From positions 72,292,001 to 72,356,000 of the forward strand of contig NC_090331.1 in assembly GCF_035084215.1 (NCBI RefSeq): 64,000 nucleotides of DNA, given 5' to 3'. The stretch comes from Heptranchias perlo. Lineage: Eukaryota. A model generated the notes under the pieces. That model ran no database searches and had not been told where the DNA came from. It saw only the letters and a list, made by a program, of their open reading frames with translations. The translations under genes and the position numbers were made by a program. How positions within the stretch are numbered: the stretch's first letter is position 1; each line of letters starts with the position of its first letter. Below are positions 37,805-50,206 of the stretch, in pieces.

Positions 37805-40800
37805 TGTAAGGATTTTGGACATTGGGTCAAATCCCATTTTACTCTTTTGAACAACTTGACGATTCAACAGAAAGAGTTAACCAGTCTCTTTAAGGATTTG
37901 GACATTCACTTGGATTCCAAGCTAGAGAATTTTTCTTTAGCTTGAGTGTTTATTATTTTACTTATAAATAGAGCGAAACCTTGGAAGACCAGACAGAAAA
38001 CCTTGCCTGTCTCTCCCTTGTTTTTTCTCAACGTATTTTGTTGGGTTGCTTAGAAATTTAGTGCGATTGTCGCAGTGCTTTAGCCAAGTGTATAAAATTA
38101 TTAAGTTTCTTAATTTCAAATAGTTCCCCCGGTGATAGAAGGAAATCTGATGTCTTCACGGAGAAAAGTAACAGTGTAAGGTGGCCAACCACAACCACCA
38201 CAACGGTCCAATAAAGGCACCGAAAGGAAATCAGGAAGCAGATGAATTGGGGAATGGATTGAGAGCGAGTGGAAATGTTTCTTTTCATCCTCTTATCGAG
38301 AAATGACACCATGACATCAGCTGCCTTTGTTTCTGTATTCTCTTTACCCACACTCATCTATCTTCCTCTGAACATGTAGCTCTCCGTGTTCTCAGCCACA
38401 ACCCTGAAAGACCTGATTATTTATAAAAGGGGGAATGGGGGAATGGATTGAGAGAGAGTAGAAATGTTTCCCCCAGTGGAAAATATTCAGCCTGAGAAAT
38501 TGCCCAACCCAATCAATTTGAAACAATTACAAAAAGAAGATCCTGAAACAAAGGCAGTCTTGGTGATGCTAGAAAAGAAAGAAAGTCCAAGGGGAGAATA
38601 TGATAATCAACCCGAATTAAAGGTGAAAGATGGGATCCTGCTGTATGACCAAAAGTGGGTGGTACCACAGAATGAGTGAAATGCTTTTCTTTACCAAGCC
38701 CAGGACGCACCCACTTCAGGACACCCCGTGGAACATTAGAGAGGCTCCAGCAAGTAGCATGGAATGAAAAGCCAGGTGGAGCATTATTGTCAAAACTGTT
38801 TAATTTGTGTACAGCACAATCCGGATGCGAATACCAAGAAGACACTGTTACACCACACCCGGCCGACAGCTGGCCCTTGGACCAATCTACAGACAGATTA
38901 CATTGGGCCCTTTCTCCCTTTCTCTCGAGGTTATCGGTATGTAGTGGTACTAGTAGACACATTCTCAAATTGGCTAGTAGCATTTCAACCCCCCAATGCA
39001 ACAGCACAAGCCACTGCTAAAATACTGGTGAATCACATATTCACCAGATGGGGATTCCCAAAGTCCATCGACTCGGACCAAGGTTGTCATTTAACGGGGA
39101 GGGTATTGCAAACTGCTATGTAGTTGCTGGGAATCAAAACACAATTCCATATTTCACATAATCCAACCTCACCAGGCATAGTGGAGAGAATGAACCGAAC
39201 ATTAAAAACAATGTTAAAGAATTTGATTGAGCAATCCCACAAAACATGGGACCAATTGCTGCCCATGGCATTAATGCCTATGAGGTCTACTGAGTCACAT
39301 ACCACCAAGGTTTCACCCCATGAGTTAATGACAGGGCGAGTGATGAGAACCCCTGGTTATTTGATGTAACAGGATATGGCCAGTATCAGGCCTTGACTCA
39401 GGGGCGGCATATTAACCGATTACGTGACCAGATGCGACAAACAACGGTCTTTGCAGCCGTTAATATTGGACAGTCTAAAAAGGCCAACAAAATGTATTTT
39501 GACACCAAAATCAAAGCAGTAGAATGGGATGTGGGACAGACAGTGATGGTAAAAACACACCAATCAGCAGGGCCATTCGCGGCTCGCTTTTCTGGACCAT
39601 ATCCCATTGTGGATAAAGCTCGTCCATCTGTGTACAAAGAACAAGGGAAAAGGAAAATAGTTCCATGTTAACCAACTAAAAGAGTACAAGTGAAAGTATA
39701 TAATGTAATGAGCCCGATGGAGGAAGAGGTTACTCACCCCCCTCCTGTGCTGTGGGATGAGCAGGATGACAACATATTACACCCACCTGTGGGAGGACAG
39801 AGAGCCCCAGTCCAAGGCGACTGAGACAAAGGCCAGTCCGTCTGCCTGATCGGTACACTCCTCCACGGGAGGACAGACAAAAACAGTTACGATATGTAAA
39901 TTGCAGAAGACATTTACATGAAACCAAATGAATTTGATCACAAAAGTAATAAAATATTAACAAAGAGCAGACATTACCCATACATTTTGTTTCATCCTAG
40001 GTCCTGACTTAAGACCAACATCGAGAAAGGTCAACGAAACATCATCAAGAATGAAATTACTCTAACTATATTAATATTGTGTGTTAACAAATTTCAAGAA
40101 AGAGATGAAGAATGCAGCATGACAGTATATCAAGGTAGAGGCCACCAGGGAAAAACTGGAATGGGAAGTTTGGGAGGAAGAAGTTAGACTACATTGTAAA
40201 GGCACAGGAGAGAGTGGTACACCAAGCCTCTCCCTGGCCTGGAAGAAAGGAGAGATCCTGGATGGTAACATAGAAAGAGACCTAATTAAGGAAACCTCAA
40301 AGACCTGCATTTAATTTAATAAAAGGCATGAGGGACTGTTTAGCTGTGGCAGTAGCTTTTACAAGTATGGCGAATAATGTTGTCTGGGACAATGTTACAA
40401 CCACCTCACTCATCAATGGTACGGGAACCCAAAGTAGTTCAGAAGCAAATGTACCTCATTGAGGAACTTAAGGTGCTTTATTTCTGACGTAGTAGATAGT
40501 TAAAACAATTTTAAAACTCACCTGGGCGGTTTTCCCATGGCTTCCAATTCAAGCCTGGTGAAACCTTCTTCGATGTCCGATGTCCCCCTCTCTGATGACC
40601 CCCTCTCCCCTCGATGTCCCCCTCTCCCCCTGATGTCCCCCCTCTGATGTCCCTCTCAGCCCCCGATGTCGCCCTCTCCAATGTCACTCTCAGCCTCCAA
40701 TTTCTCCCCACCCAATCTCCCCCTCTCCCCCCACGATCTCCACCTCTCTCTCCCCTGATCTCCCCCTCTCTCCCCCCACCGATTTCCCTCTCTCCACTCC

Positions 40801-42858
40801 CGATCGTCACCTCTCCCCTGCACCCCCCCCCCGATCTTCAGTGCCCTCACTCTCTGTTCCAGCGCCAGATGACGTCTCTCTCTCTCTCTTTCCCACACAC
40901 CCCTCCCCACCTTGGCGTAGCAGCTCCTGTTGGCAGCTAGTCTGACAAGTGTAGGGATATTAGGGTCTTTCTCAAAGATTCAAGAGTCTGGTGAAGCCCA
41001 GAAACAACTTTAATCACCATCAATTACCTCACAAGCACATCGGAAAAAGTACGTTTTTATTATTCGGGTTTGCCACGGGCACCTTCACCCCCCCCACTGC
41101 CATCCCACCACCATTTAAAATTGCGCCCCTGATATATGAAACCCAATAGGATACAGTATTGATAGCCAAAATAACAAAAAGCATGGAGCAAATAATGGCA
41201 AATGTAAATGACATAATGGACTCAAACACAATATAACGGGATATTTTGGGAAACAAAAGGTCCAAGAAGAGGTTGAGTAAAATAAACAAACATTATAATT
41301 TCGACCAGGTTGGGAATGTTTACTTTATGTTTCAATAATGAAATTGGGAGAACTGAGGGCAAGGGAGAAATTATATTTAACAAGAATGGATAATGGTAAA
41401 AGGAGAGCTGGAGGATCTTTTACGTCCAAGATTTCTTGAGAATATTGCACACTGTAATTTTCTGACACACGTGTTGAAGATGAAACGAGCTAATGCATTT
41501 ATAGATTAAAAAAATACAAAAGCTAGTAGATCATGAGTGGTGTGAGACAGTACATAATGTTGGACAACACACATGGGTTAGAATGATTAGTATGGCTTTA
41601 ATACGCAACGTTTACTAGTGTTTATGATGATAATCTGCTTATGTGTAATGGGATGTTTAATTCACAACCGTGGCAAAGCAATATTCTTTCTGCGTATGTC
41701 ACGGGAAACCCGTCCTACACAGGAACATGACCCAATGATAAAGGAAACTTACCAATCACGGACAATGCTCAAAGTGTGTGAAAGTGGATTGGTCAAAAGA
41801 TTTGTCAGAACCACTTGGTCTTTGGGTCAAACCACATTTACTATTTTGAACTACTGGATGATTCAACATAAAGGGTTAACCTGTCCCTTTAAGGATTTGA
41901 ACATTCACTTCGATCGTACATTTACATTACATTTGACAGCAAGGGATAACTTGCCCTGGACGTGATAGTACAAATGCACAATTGCCAAACAGCAAAGTGC
42001 AGACTGTTTAAACTGGACAGTTGGATATCAATTTGACACTGCAGGAGCAATACAGTACAGAAACTGTAAACAGGCTGAGATGTTCAATAACATCTGACAA
42101 AGAGAAGATTCCAGAAGCTTCCAGAAGGTTTTCAACATCAATAACAACTGCGAAGGACAAAGAACTGATCGGACGCCTGGCTTTGTGTAGAGGGGAGGAT
42201 ATAAGGGGTCCAACCAGCCATCCATCTTAATGCTATGGATAAATTGGGCCATCTCATAACTTGGTTCACACCCATTTGCTCAGAAGCATAAAAAGATAAG
42301 ACATCGTAGCAGTCAAAACAACAGACAACAGACAACATCAGAGAAGCTGGAAGAAGCTTCAAGAGTTAACGACTGCAGCATGGGTTCCTCCAACAAGACT
42401 TTGCTTCTGAACTTTGAAAAAAGTCTTTGATTCTGAGCTTTGACCAAACGACTTTGTCTCTAAACTTTGATGAAAAGACAAAATTTGATGAGACAAACTT
42501 CGACACATCGCCTGTTACCAAAGAAATCAATTCCCTCCTTTCGGACCTGAACGACTGCTTTGACCCAGACGACTGCTTTCATGGATAAGGATGTATCAGT
42601 TCCTTGCTCTCTTTGTTTTGAGCCTCCTCATGTGCTCTTTTAAATCATTAAATAAGGAACGTCGCGAACCCCCACTTGCATTATCGGGGAGAGTAATCCT
42701 TCTATTAATTCAGTTACTTCATGCTGGCCATGTGCTCTTTTTAAATTACTAAATAAAGAATCACTGTGAGTCACAAAACTAACCCATCAGGTGGCTTTCT
42801 TTGTCTGTGCTATCATCCAGATCCTTGAATCTTTGGGAAAGACACGAAATTCCCTATA
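37805..42858 (+). mobile_element. Endogenous retrovirus, unit C, with the best-preserved integrase
   Basis: GNQEADEL (RNase H); CQNCLIC; LQTDYIGPF..SRGYRYVVVLVDTFS...WGFPKSIDSDQG...GIVERMNRTLK (D,D,E core); GPY module FSGPYPIV. The PPT and 3' LTR start are deleted at ~41817. CTTG flanks. Confidence 0.9.
38279..38426 (-). repeat. 148-bp inverted duplication of 37307-37454
   Basis: Reverse-complement match, flanked by a duplicated ~32-bp target segment (38249-38280 and ~38438-38469). Confidence 0.9.
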
Positions 42859-42977
42859 CTTGTCAGAATTTTGCAACCAATTTTACCGTCTGTCGAGATT
42901 GCCCTGCACCTGATCAACTTGCTTTTGATTGTTTGCAATTGGAAAATTGAGGCAGTTTTGTCTCTATCCCCACTTCA

Positions 42978-43566
42978 TTGCTATACAAAACCCTGCTTAG
43001 ACCGCACCTGGAGTATTGTGAGCAGTTCTGGGCACTGCACCTTCGGAAGGACATATTGGCCTTGGAGGGAGTGCAGCGTAGGTTTATTAGAATGATACCC
43101 GGACTTCAAGGGTTAAGTTATGAGGAGAGATTACACAAATTGGGGTTGTATTCTCTGGAGTTCAGATGGGTAAGGGGTGATCTGATCGAAGTTTATAAGA
43201 TATTAAGGGGAATAGATAGGGTGGATAGAGAGAAACTATTTCCGCTGGTTGGGGATTCTAGAAGTAGGCGACACAGTCCAAAAATTAGAGCCAGACCTTT
43301 CAGGAGTGAGATTAGAAAACATTTCTACACACAAAGGGTGGTAGAAGTTTGGAACTCTCTTCCGCAAACGGCAATTGATACCAGCTCAATTGCTAAATTT
43401 AAATCTGAGATAGATAGCTTTTTGGCAATCAAAGGAATTAAAGGATATGGGCCAAAGGCAGGTATATGGAGCTAGATCACAGATCAACCATGATCTTATC
43501 AAATGGCGGAGCAGTCTCGAGGGGCTGAATAGCCTACTCCTGTTCCTATATTCCTGTGTTTCCTAT
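42978..43566 (+). mobile_element. 5'-truncated CR1 LINE 3' end, unique to the C-D spacer
   Basis: LYKTLLRPHLEYC..FW..HLRKDILALEGVQRRF...RGDLIEVYK...FYTQRVV; HER1-type tail with TTCCTATR repeats. Confidence 0.9.
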
Positions 43567-45094
43567 GATATATAATGTGAATAGCAAAGGTCCTAGCAAG
43601 GATCTCTGGGGCACCCTCAATCATTTCCCATCATTCTGACCCAGCTCCATGCACAATCACTCGCTGTCTCAATTGATGCAGACGTTGCCAAACCACTTCA
43701 ATAACTGCCCACCTAATCTGTGCTTTTCTATCTCATGGACCAAACTACAGTGTGACTGAATCAAAAGCCTAACTGAAGTCCAGATAAACAATATTCATGG
43801 AGTTACTTTCATCCATAACCTCCAATACCTCCTCAAAGAATTCCAAAAGGCTTCCCTCCATAAAGTTGTGCTAATTTATCTTGGTGGCTTCATATGCCTT
43901 TGGCGTTAAATGATGCCCTTCATTAAGATAACGTCTGAACATTTTGCCGACGTCAGACGTCAGGCTCATCAGCCTATAATTTCCAGGACCGTCCTTTTGC
44001 CCTTTTTTTAAAGACAATTGTTGTGTTCCTTTCTCTCCAATCCTTTGGTACAACTCCTGATCTTAAAGACCTCCATCAAAATTTAACCAATTTTCTTGGC
44101 TTCTTGCTTAGGTACCCTAGTGTGCTGGCTCTGGTGTCTTACCCTCTTTCAATGCCTTCAACATTTCAGTCACTTCCTTTTCAGTAGCAACCTGTAATCC
44201 TTGCTTTGATCAATGTATTTTAACAATGCTAATACTGGTATTTTTGAATTTACTTCTGTGTTATAATTGGTGATACACGTACACTTATGAGGAGAGAATC
44301 AGAAAACCAGTAGCTTCTTGTTGTTTTGACCAAAGCTACAGTGCAAAAGTCCTTCAATCAGTATATGTGTAACAGATATAATTACCATGCAAAACTTTCA
44401 GATTGGAATTATAAGCAAATTTGTGCTCACATTCTTGCTGAGAAAGGTGTTCACTGCGATATAGAAGGTAAATGTATCTTGTTTGCATGTACCATAGATA
44501 AATGGACACTTTACTCACTCTTCAATTCATCTCACAGACATCACCGATGAAAGGCTCAACAGGCAGTAAAGACATGTTTTTTTATATGTCTGAAACCAAG
44601 CAAAATAAATCTTTTGATCTGAGGATGAGGAGGTTGATTTGCTACAGACTTGTACAGGAGTGGAGCTCATCACCTGAATATCATCACTTTAACGGCACTG
44701 AGAGTCCGTCAGATGGAATGTAACTTTGAAGTAGTTTACAGCGTAGTCACTTGACTTCTCGGACATGAGCTTGACTCCAGCTCAACCCACTGAGGCAACC
44801 TGTGATCATTTGAACTGATTCAGAAGCCAAAGGTTGGCTGTTGGAAAGAAAATCTCAGATTGGTTGCAGTTGTCTGTGCGGCTGTGAGGGTGGGGTTAGG
44901 GCACGTTGTTAGGGCAGAAGATTGAGAGCTTCATTCTGCATTTGACCTTTGTTGTATTGGCCCATGAAAGCTTGATGTTTATAGAAATCGAAACAAGTTC
45001 CATCCCCTAAAACTTACACAATTCACCTCAATCACACAAAATACTACCCTCTTTAAACCAGTTGGGAGCCATTTATTATTGACCTGTATTTTTA

Positions 45095-47137
45095 TCATAG
45101 AATCATAGAATCATAGAAGTTTACAACATGGAAACATGCCCTTCGGCCCAACGTGTCCATGTCGCCCAGTTTATACCACTAACCTAGTCCCAATTGCCTG
45201 CACTTGGCCCATATCCCTCTATACCCATCTTACCCATGTAACTGTCCAAATGCTTTTTAAAAGACAAAATTGTACCCGCCTCTACTACTGCCTCTGGCAG
45301 CTCATTCCAGACACTCACCACCCTTTGAGTGAAAAAATTGCCCCTCTGGACCCTTTTGTATCTCTCCCCTCTCACCTTAAATCTATGTCCCCTCGTTATA
45401 GACTCCCCTACCTTTGGGAAAAGATTTTGACTATCTACCTTATCTATGCCCCTCATTATTTTATAGACTTCTATAAGATCACCCCTTAACCTCCTACTCT
45501 CCAGGGAAAAAATTCTCAGTCTGTCTAACCTCTCCCTATAAGTCAAACTATCAAGTCCCGGTAGCATCCTAGTAAATCTTTTCTGCACTCTTTCTAGTTT
45601 AATAATATCCTTTCTATAATAGGGTGACCAGAACTGTACACAGTATTTCAAGTGTGGCCTTACTAATGTCTTGTACAACTTCAACAAGACATCCCAACTC
45701 CTGTATTCAATGTTCTGACCAATGAAACCAAGCATGCCGAATGCCTTCTTCACCACCCTATCCACCTGTGTCTCCACTTTCAAAGAGCTATGAACCTGTA
45801 CTCCTCCATCTCTTTGTTCTATAACTCTCCCCAACGCCCTACCATTAACGGAATAGGTCCTGGCCCAATTCGATCTACCAAAATGCATCACCTCACATTT
45901 ATCTAAATTAAACTCCATTTGCCATTCATCGGCCCACTGGTCCAATTTATCAAGATCCCATTGCAACCCTAGATAACCTTCGTCACTGTCCACAATGCCA
46001 CCAATCTTGGTGTCATCTGCAAACTTGCTAAACATGCCTCCTAAATTCTCATCCAAATCATTAATATAAATAACAAATAACAGCAGACCCAGCACCGATC
46101 CCTGAGGCACACCGCTGGTCACAGGCCTCCAGTTTGAAAAACAACCCTCTACAACCACCCTCTGTCTTCTGTCATCAATCCAATTTTGTATCCAATTGGC
46201 TACCTCACCTTGGATCCCATGAGATTTAACCTTATGTAACAACCTACCATGCGGTACCTTGTCAAAGGCTTTGCTGAAGTCCATGTAGACCACGTCTACT
46301 GCACAGCCCTCATCTATCTTCTTGGTTACCCCTTCAAAAAACTCAATCAAATTCGTGAGACATGATTTTCCACTCACAAAACCATGCTGACTGTTCCGAA
46401 TCAGTCCCTGCCTCTCCAAATGCCTGTAGATCCTGTCTCTCAGAATACCCTCTAACAACTTACCCACTACAGATGTCAGGCTCACTGGTCTGTAGTTCCC
46501 AGGCTTTTCCCTGCCGCCCTTCTTAAACAAAGGCACAACATTTGCTACCCTCCAATCTCCAGTATAAATCACCTGTAGCGGTGGATGATTCAAATATCTC
46601 TGCTAGGGGACCCGCAATTTCCTCCCTGACCTCCCATAACGTCCTGGGATACATTTCATCAGGTCCCGGAGATTTATCTACCTTGATGCGCGTTAAGACT
46701 TCCAGCACCTCCCTCTCTGTAATATTTAGACTCCTCAAGACATCACTATTTATTTCCCCAAGTTCCCTAACATCCATGCCTTTCTCAACCGTAAATACCG
46801 ATGTGAAATATTCATTTAGGATCTCACCCATCTCTTGTGGTTCCGCACATAGATAACCTTGTTGATCCTTAAGAGGCCCTACTCTCTCCCTAGTTACTCT
46901 TTTGCCCTTTATGTATTTGTAGAAGCTCTTTGGATTCTCCTTTGCCTTATCTGTCAAAGCAATCTCATGTCCCCTTTTTGCCCTCCTGATTTCTCTCTTA
47001 ACTCTACTCCAGCAATCTCGATACTCTTCAAGGGATCCACATGATCCCAACTGCCTATGCATGTCATAGGCTTCCTTCTTCTTTTTGACGAGGGCCACAA
47101 TCTCCCGAGTCATCCAAGGTTCCCTACTTCTACCAGC
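45095..47137 (-). mobile_element. 5'-truncated CR1 LINE (~2 kb) with a largely open RT domain, unique to the C-D spacer
   Basis: ORFs 46523-47113 and 45184-46593: KSPGPD, NYRPVSLTS, QHGF, DFSKAFDKVPH, GVPQGSVLG, KFADDT; (TTCTATGA)n tail at 45095-45118; frameshift near 46560. Confidence 0.95.
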
Positions 47138-47588
47138 TAAGGAGTTTAGAAACAGTTATTATATTTGATGAGAAAATAACTGATAAATCATTGTATTAAT
47201 TATAAGTATTCACAGAACTTGTTTTTATCATTGATTGGTACTGATACTACGAGCAGGAATAGATATTTTTTCTGACGTTGCATTGCAACAGCACTGATTG
47301 AGTTATTTTTGCCATGTGATATGTTTTACATTGTGTTTCTTTTAATGAATCACATTCTCTTGGAGCTGTGGATGTCAGGGAAATTTAACTAAATCATAAA
47401 ATGCTTTCTGCTTAAAATATGCCTGACCTTTATTTCAGATTTCTTTGGCAAACTGAAATGCTAAAGAATTGACCACCTGTGATTCCTCTATGGGCCAAGC
47501 AGTCCTCATTCATAGTGACGCACATTTTCAATCTCTCTTCCTTGAAGACACTACATTAAATTGTCAATGTTATTGATTGAGTTCACAG

Positions 47589-48425
47589 GGCCAAATTCCT
47601 TCAGATTGAACTCCTGGGAATCCCGCAAAAAGGGTGAGATAAAGGTCGGGTGCTGGAAAGGCCAAATCAGGATCTTAGTGTTCGCCGTGGCTCAGTTGTC
47701 GCACTCTCACCTCTGAGTTAGAAGTTTGTGGGTTCAAATCCCACTCCAGAGCTTGAGCACAAAATCTAAGGCTGATACTTCAGTGCAGTACTGAGGGAAC
47801 ACTGCAAACTACTGTCGGAGACACTCCTTTGAAGAAGAGCTGGGGAGTTTCTCCCCGGTGTCCTGTCCAATATTCAACCCTTGGCCAAAATCACTAAAAG
47901 CAGATGATCTGGTTATTGATCGCACTTCAGTTAGTGAGAGCTTGTTGTGCACAAATTGGCTGCTGCGTTTCCTCCATTACAACAGTGAATGTACTTCGAA
48001 AGTGCTTAAATGGCTGTAAAGAGCTTTGGAACATCCTGAGGATGTGAAAGGTGCTATATAAATACAAGTTCTTTCTTTAAGTTGGGAATTCCCACTCAGC
48101 CCGGTAAGTGGTCGAGTGTCTTCTTTCCCACCATCCATGGCCACTTGCGTGGAGAGGCCGGGTTTGCAGGGGGTGACTCTGTCGATTGGGAGTTCCCTCT
48201 TCTACAGACCATAAAGAACCTTATATTAGGTCCAGTGAGATCTGGTATATCACCCTCATGAAAGGTGGAAATAGACCTCACCGGAAGAGGTGCAGGTTGG
48301 GGAAATGACTCCTCCTGGACCTGTACAAATGAGGTGATCTCCTATTGTCCACGCAAACCCCACACAGATCAATACTGGTTGGCACCGGTGGGCATGATCC
48401 TGGCGTTACTGGCAGGATCTCGGCC
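47589..48425. mobile_element. Harbinger-type MITE carrying a nested SacSINE1-like SINE (~47680-48078); counterparts 58559-59398 and a degraded ~9909-10600
   Basis: TIRs GGCCAAATTCCT and AGGATCTCGGCC; TSD CAG (47586-47588, 48426-48428); SINE B box GGTTCAAATCC at 47731. Confidence 0.72.
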
Positions 48426-48641
48426 CAGGCATTTTCTGCACTTCTAATTACTCACTTTAATGATATTTATATAAGTGCAGTAATATTTTCTGCATGAGAC
48501 CACATGATGCCATCACTGTTTTGGACAATTTCAGTGAGGATTAAAAAATAAGTGCATTAAGCAAGTTGACAGTGTAAAGTGGATATTTTATTATGTTGGC
48601 AAATGATTCAACAACATAAAGTCATGCTTTACAATGACAGA

Positions 48642-50206
48642 CTAGAAATCCCTCATACGTCTGAAAGATCCGATAGTTGAGTTGTAACCACCCCAGTCAC
48701 TGAATCTCCTGTATTCACCGGGTCTCATGAAGTACTGGCGGCCTCTGTAGTTGGGTTGTTCATAGAAGGTCCAGTAACCGTCCATCACATTGCAGGAGTG
48801 AATGTCACGGGAGCGGAAACGATCGTAGACAGATGGACAGTCATCCATGAATTCCATCATCTGTCCTCCAAAGTCAGGCCTCTCGTAAATCTTCATTCTG
48901 TACGACCTTCCTCTGTACTGTAATATAAATACGATCATATTCCTGATGAAACTGCAAATATACATTTGGTATATGTAGAAAAAGAGATACCTGGTAAGGA
49001 GGGAATATGACGGGGCCCAGATGATGTCATCAACAATGAGGGCAAAGCTGAGATAATTTATTAACATCGATTGAACAAGTTGATTATGTTTGAGCCTCGT
49101 TAACAGCAAGCAGCTCCTATGTAATTTTATACAGTGAAGCAGTGAACTCTCTGTAAGAGTACACGTGGTCTGATATTAGTGGTTGCACCCAGACAGGAGG
49201 TTTCTCAATAGCTGTAAAAATCTAAATTTACTTATTGATCATATTGTGAGGAGATTTTTCTCTGTGTGTGGGAGCAGGTTTCTCTTTCTTTAAATCTATT
49301 AAACAATTACAGTAAAACTAATGGTGCAAGTACAAATATGCCTGTCAACAATTTGTACTCAGTCATGTCTTAGTCTAGCTGGAGATAAACTTATTACTTT
49401 CTACACAGTCAATGCGTCAATTTGGCTTTCAGTTCTGAATATTTGATTAATAACAAACACATGTATCCAATTATATTTCCAAATATTTATGAGCTTTGCA
49501 ACAGCCTACACGTCACATGACACATTGACCTTCCTTTCCAGTTCGCACAAGTATAGACTTAAAAACCAAGCCGTATAACTTCACCGCAGGTACAAAATTA
49601 CAAGGGCTGGTACTAACTTTTGATAGTAGCAGAAAACAGGTGGCAGTGGATTGGAAAATCAGGCAGGATATATGACGGGCAGCCAATCCGCTTCCGTGCA
49701 TTATCCCCCACTGCCGAATGTTAAAATCAGCCCCATGTAAACAGATAATGTGTCTTCACAGCCGACACAGACAAACTAAAATGCTCAGCACAGTGACGAT
49801 TTTCCAGAGGTCACTCTGGGTCGAAGAAAGAAACCACCAAAAGTTTGTTTACTTACGTGTGGGTAGGTGCGACATGACCCGATGCTGTCATTGAATCCCA
49901 TCCAGCGCTGGTAGTCAGGATATTCTCCCCTGCTCAGAACATACTGATATCCCATGTAATTGGGTTTCTCATACACCACCCACCAGTCACTCTCAACACG
50001 GATGGAGTTGCAGCGGCTGAAGTAAGAGGACAGGTCAGCATTGTCAGTACTGCACTCGTAGTGCCGACCCTGGAAGTTCCTGTCCTCGTAAAAGATGATC
50101 TGTGGAAAGACATAAGCTTGTAATTAATAATTTCACAAACTAGGAGATAATTAATGAAGAATTCTAATACAATGTATAAAATCTGAGTTCTCCTTGCCTT
50201 TCCCAT
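48642..50206 (-). CDS. Gamma-crystallin (shark S-1-like) copy D; exons 50198-50206, 49857-50099, 48642-48917; 175 aa
   Basis: Intact frame and splice sites; variant residues [45 protein letters not shown]. Confidence 0.97.

Noticed and set aside
38464-39671. Domesticated integrase gene (GIN1/NYNRIN-like)
   Set aside because: It has multiple stops and frameshifts and lies inside an LTR-bounded provirus.
45184-46593. Active or domesticated reverse transcriptase (469-aa ORF)
   Set aside because: It is a 5'-truncated CR1 without endonuclease, ORF1 or promoter, and is frameshifted near 46560.
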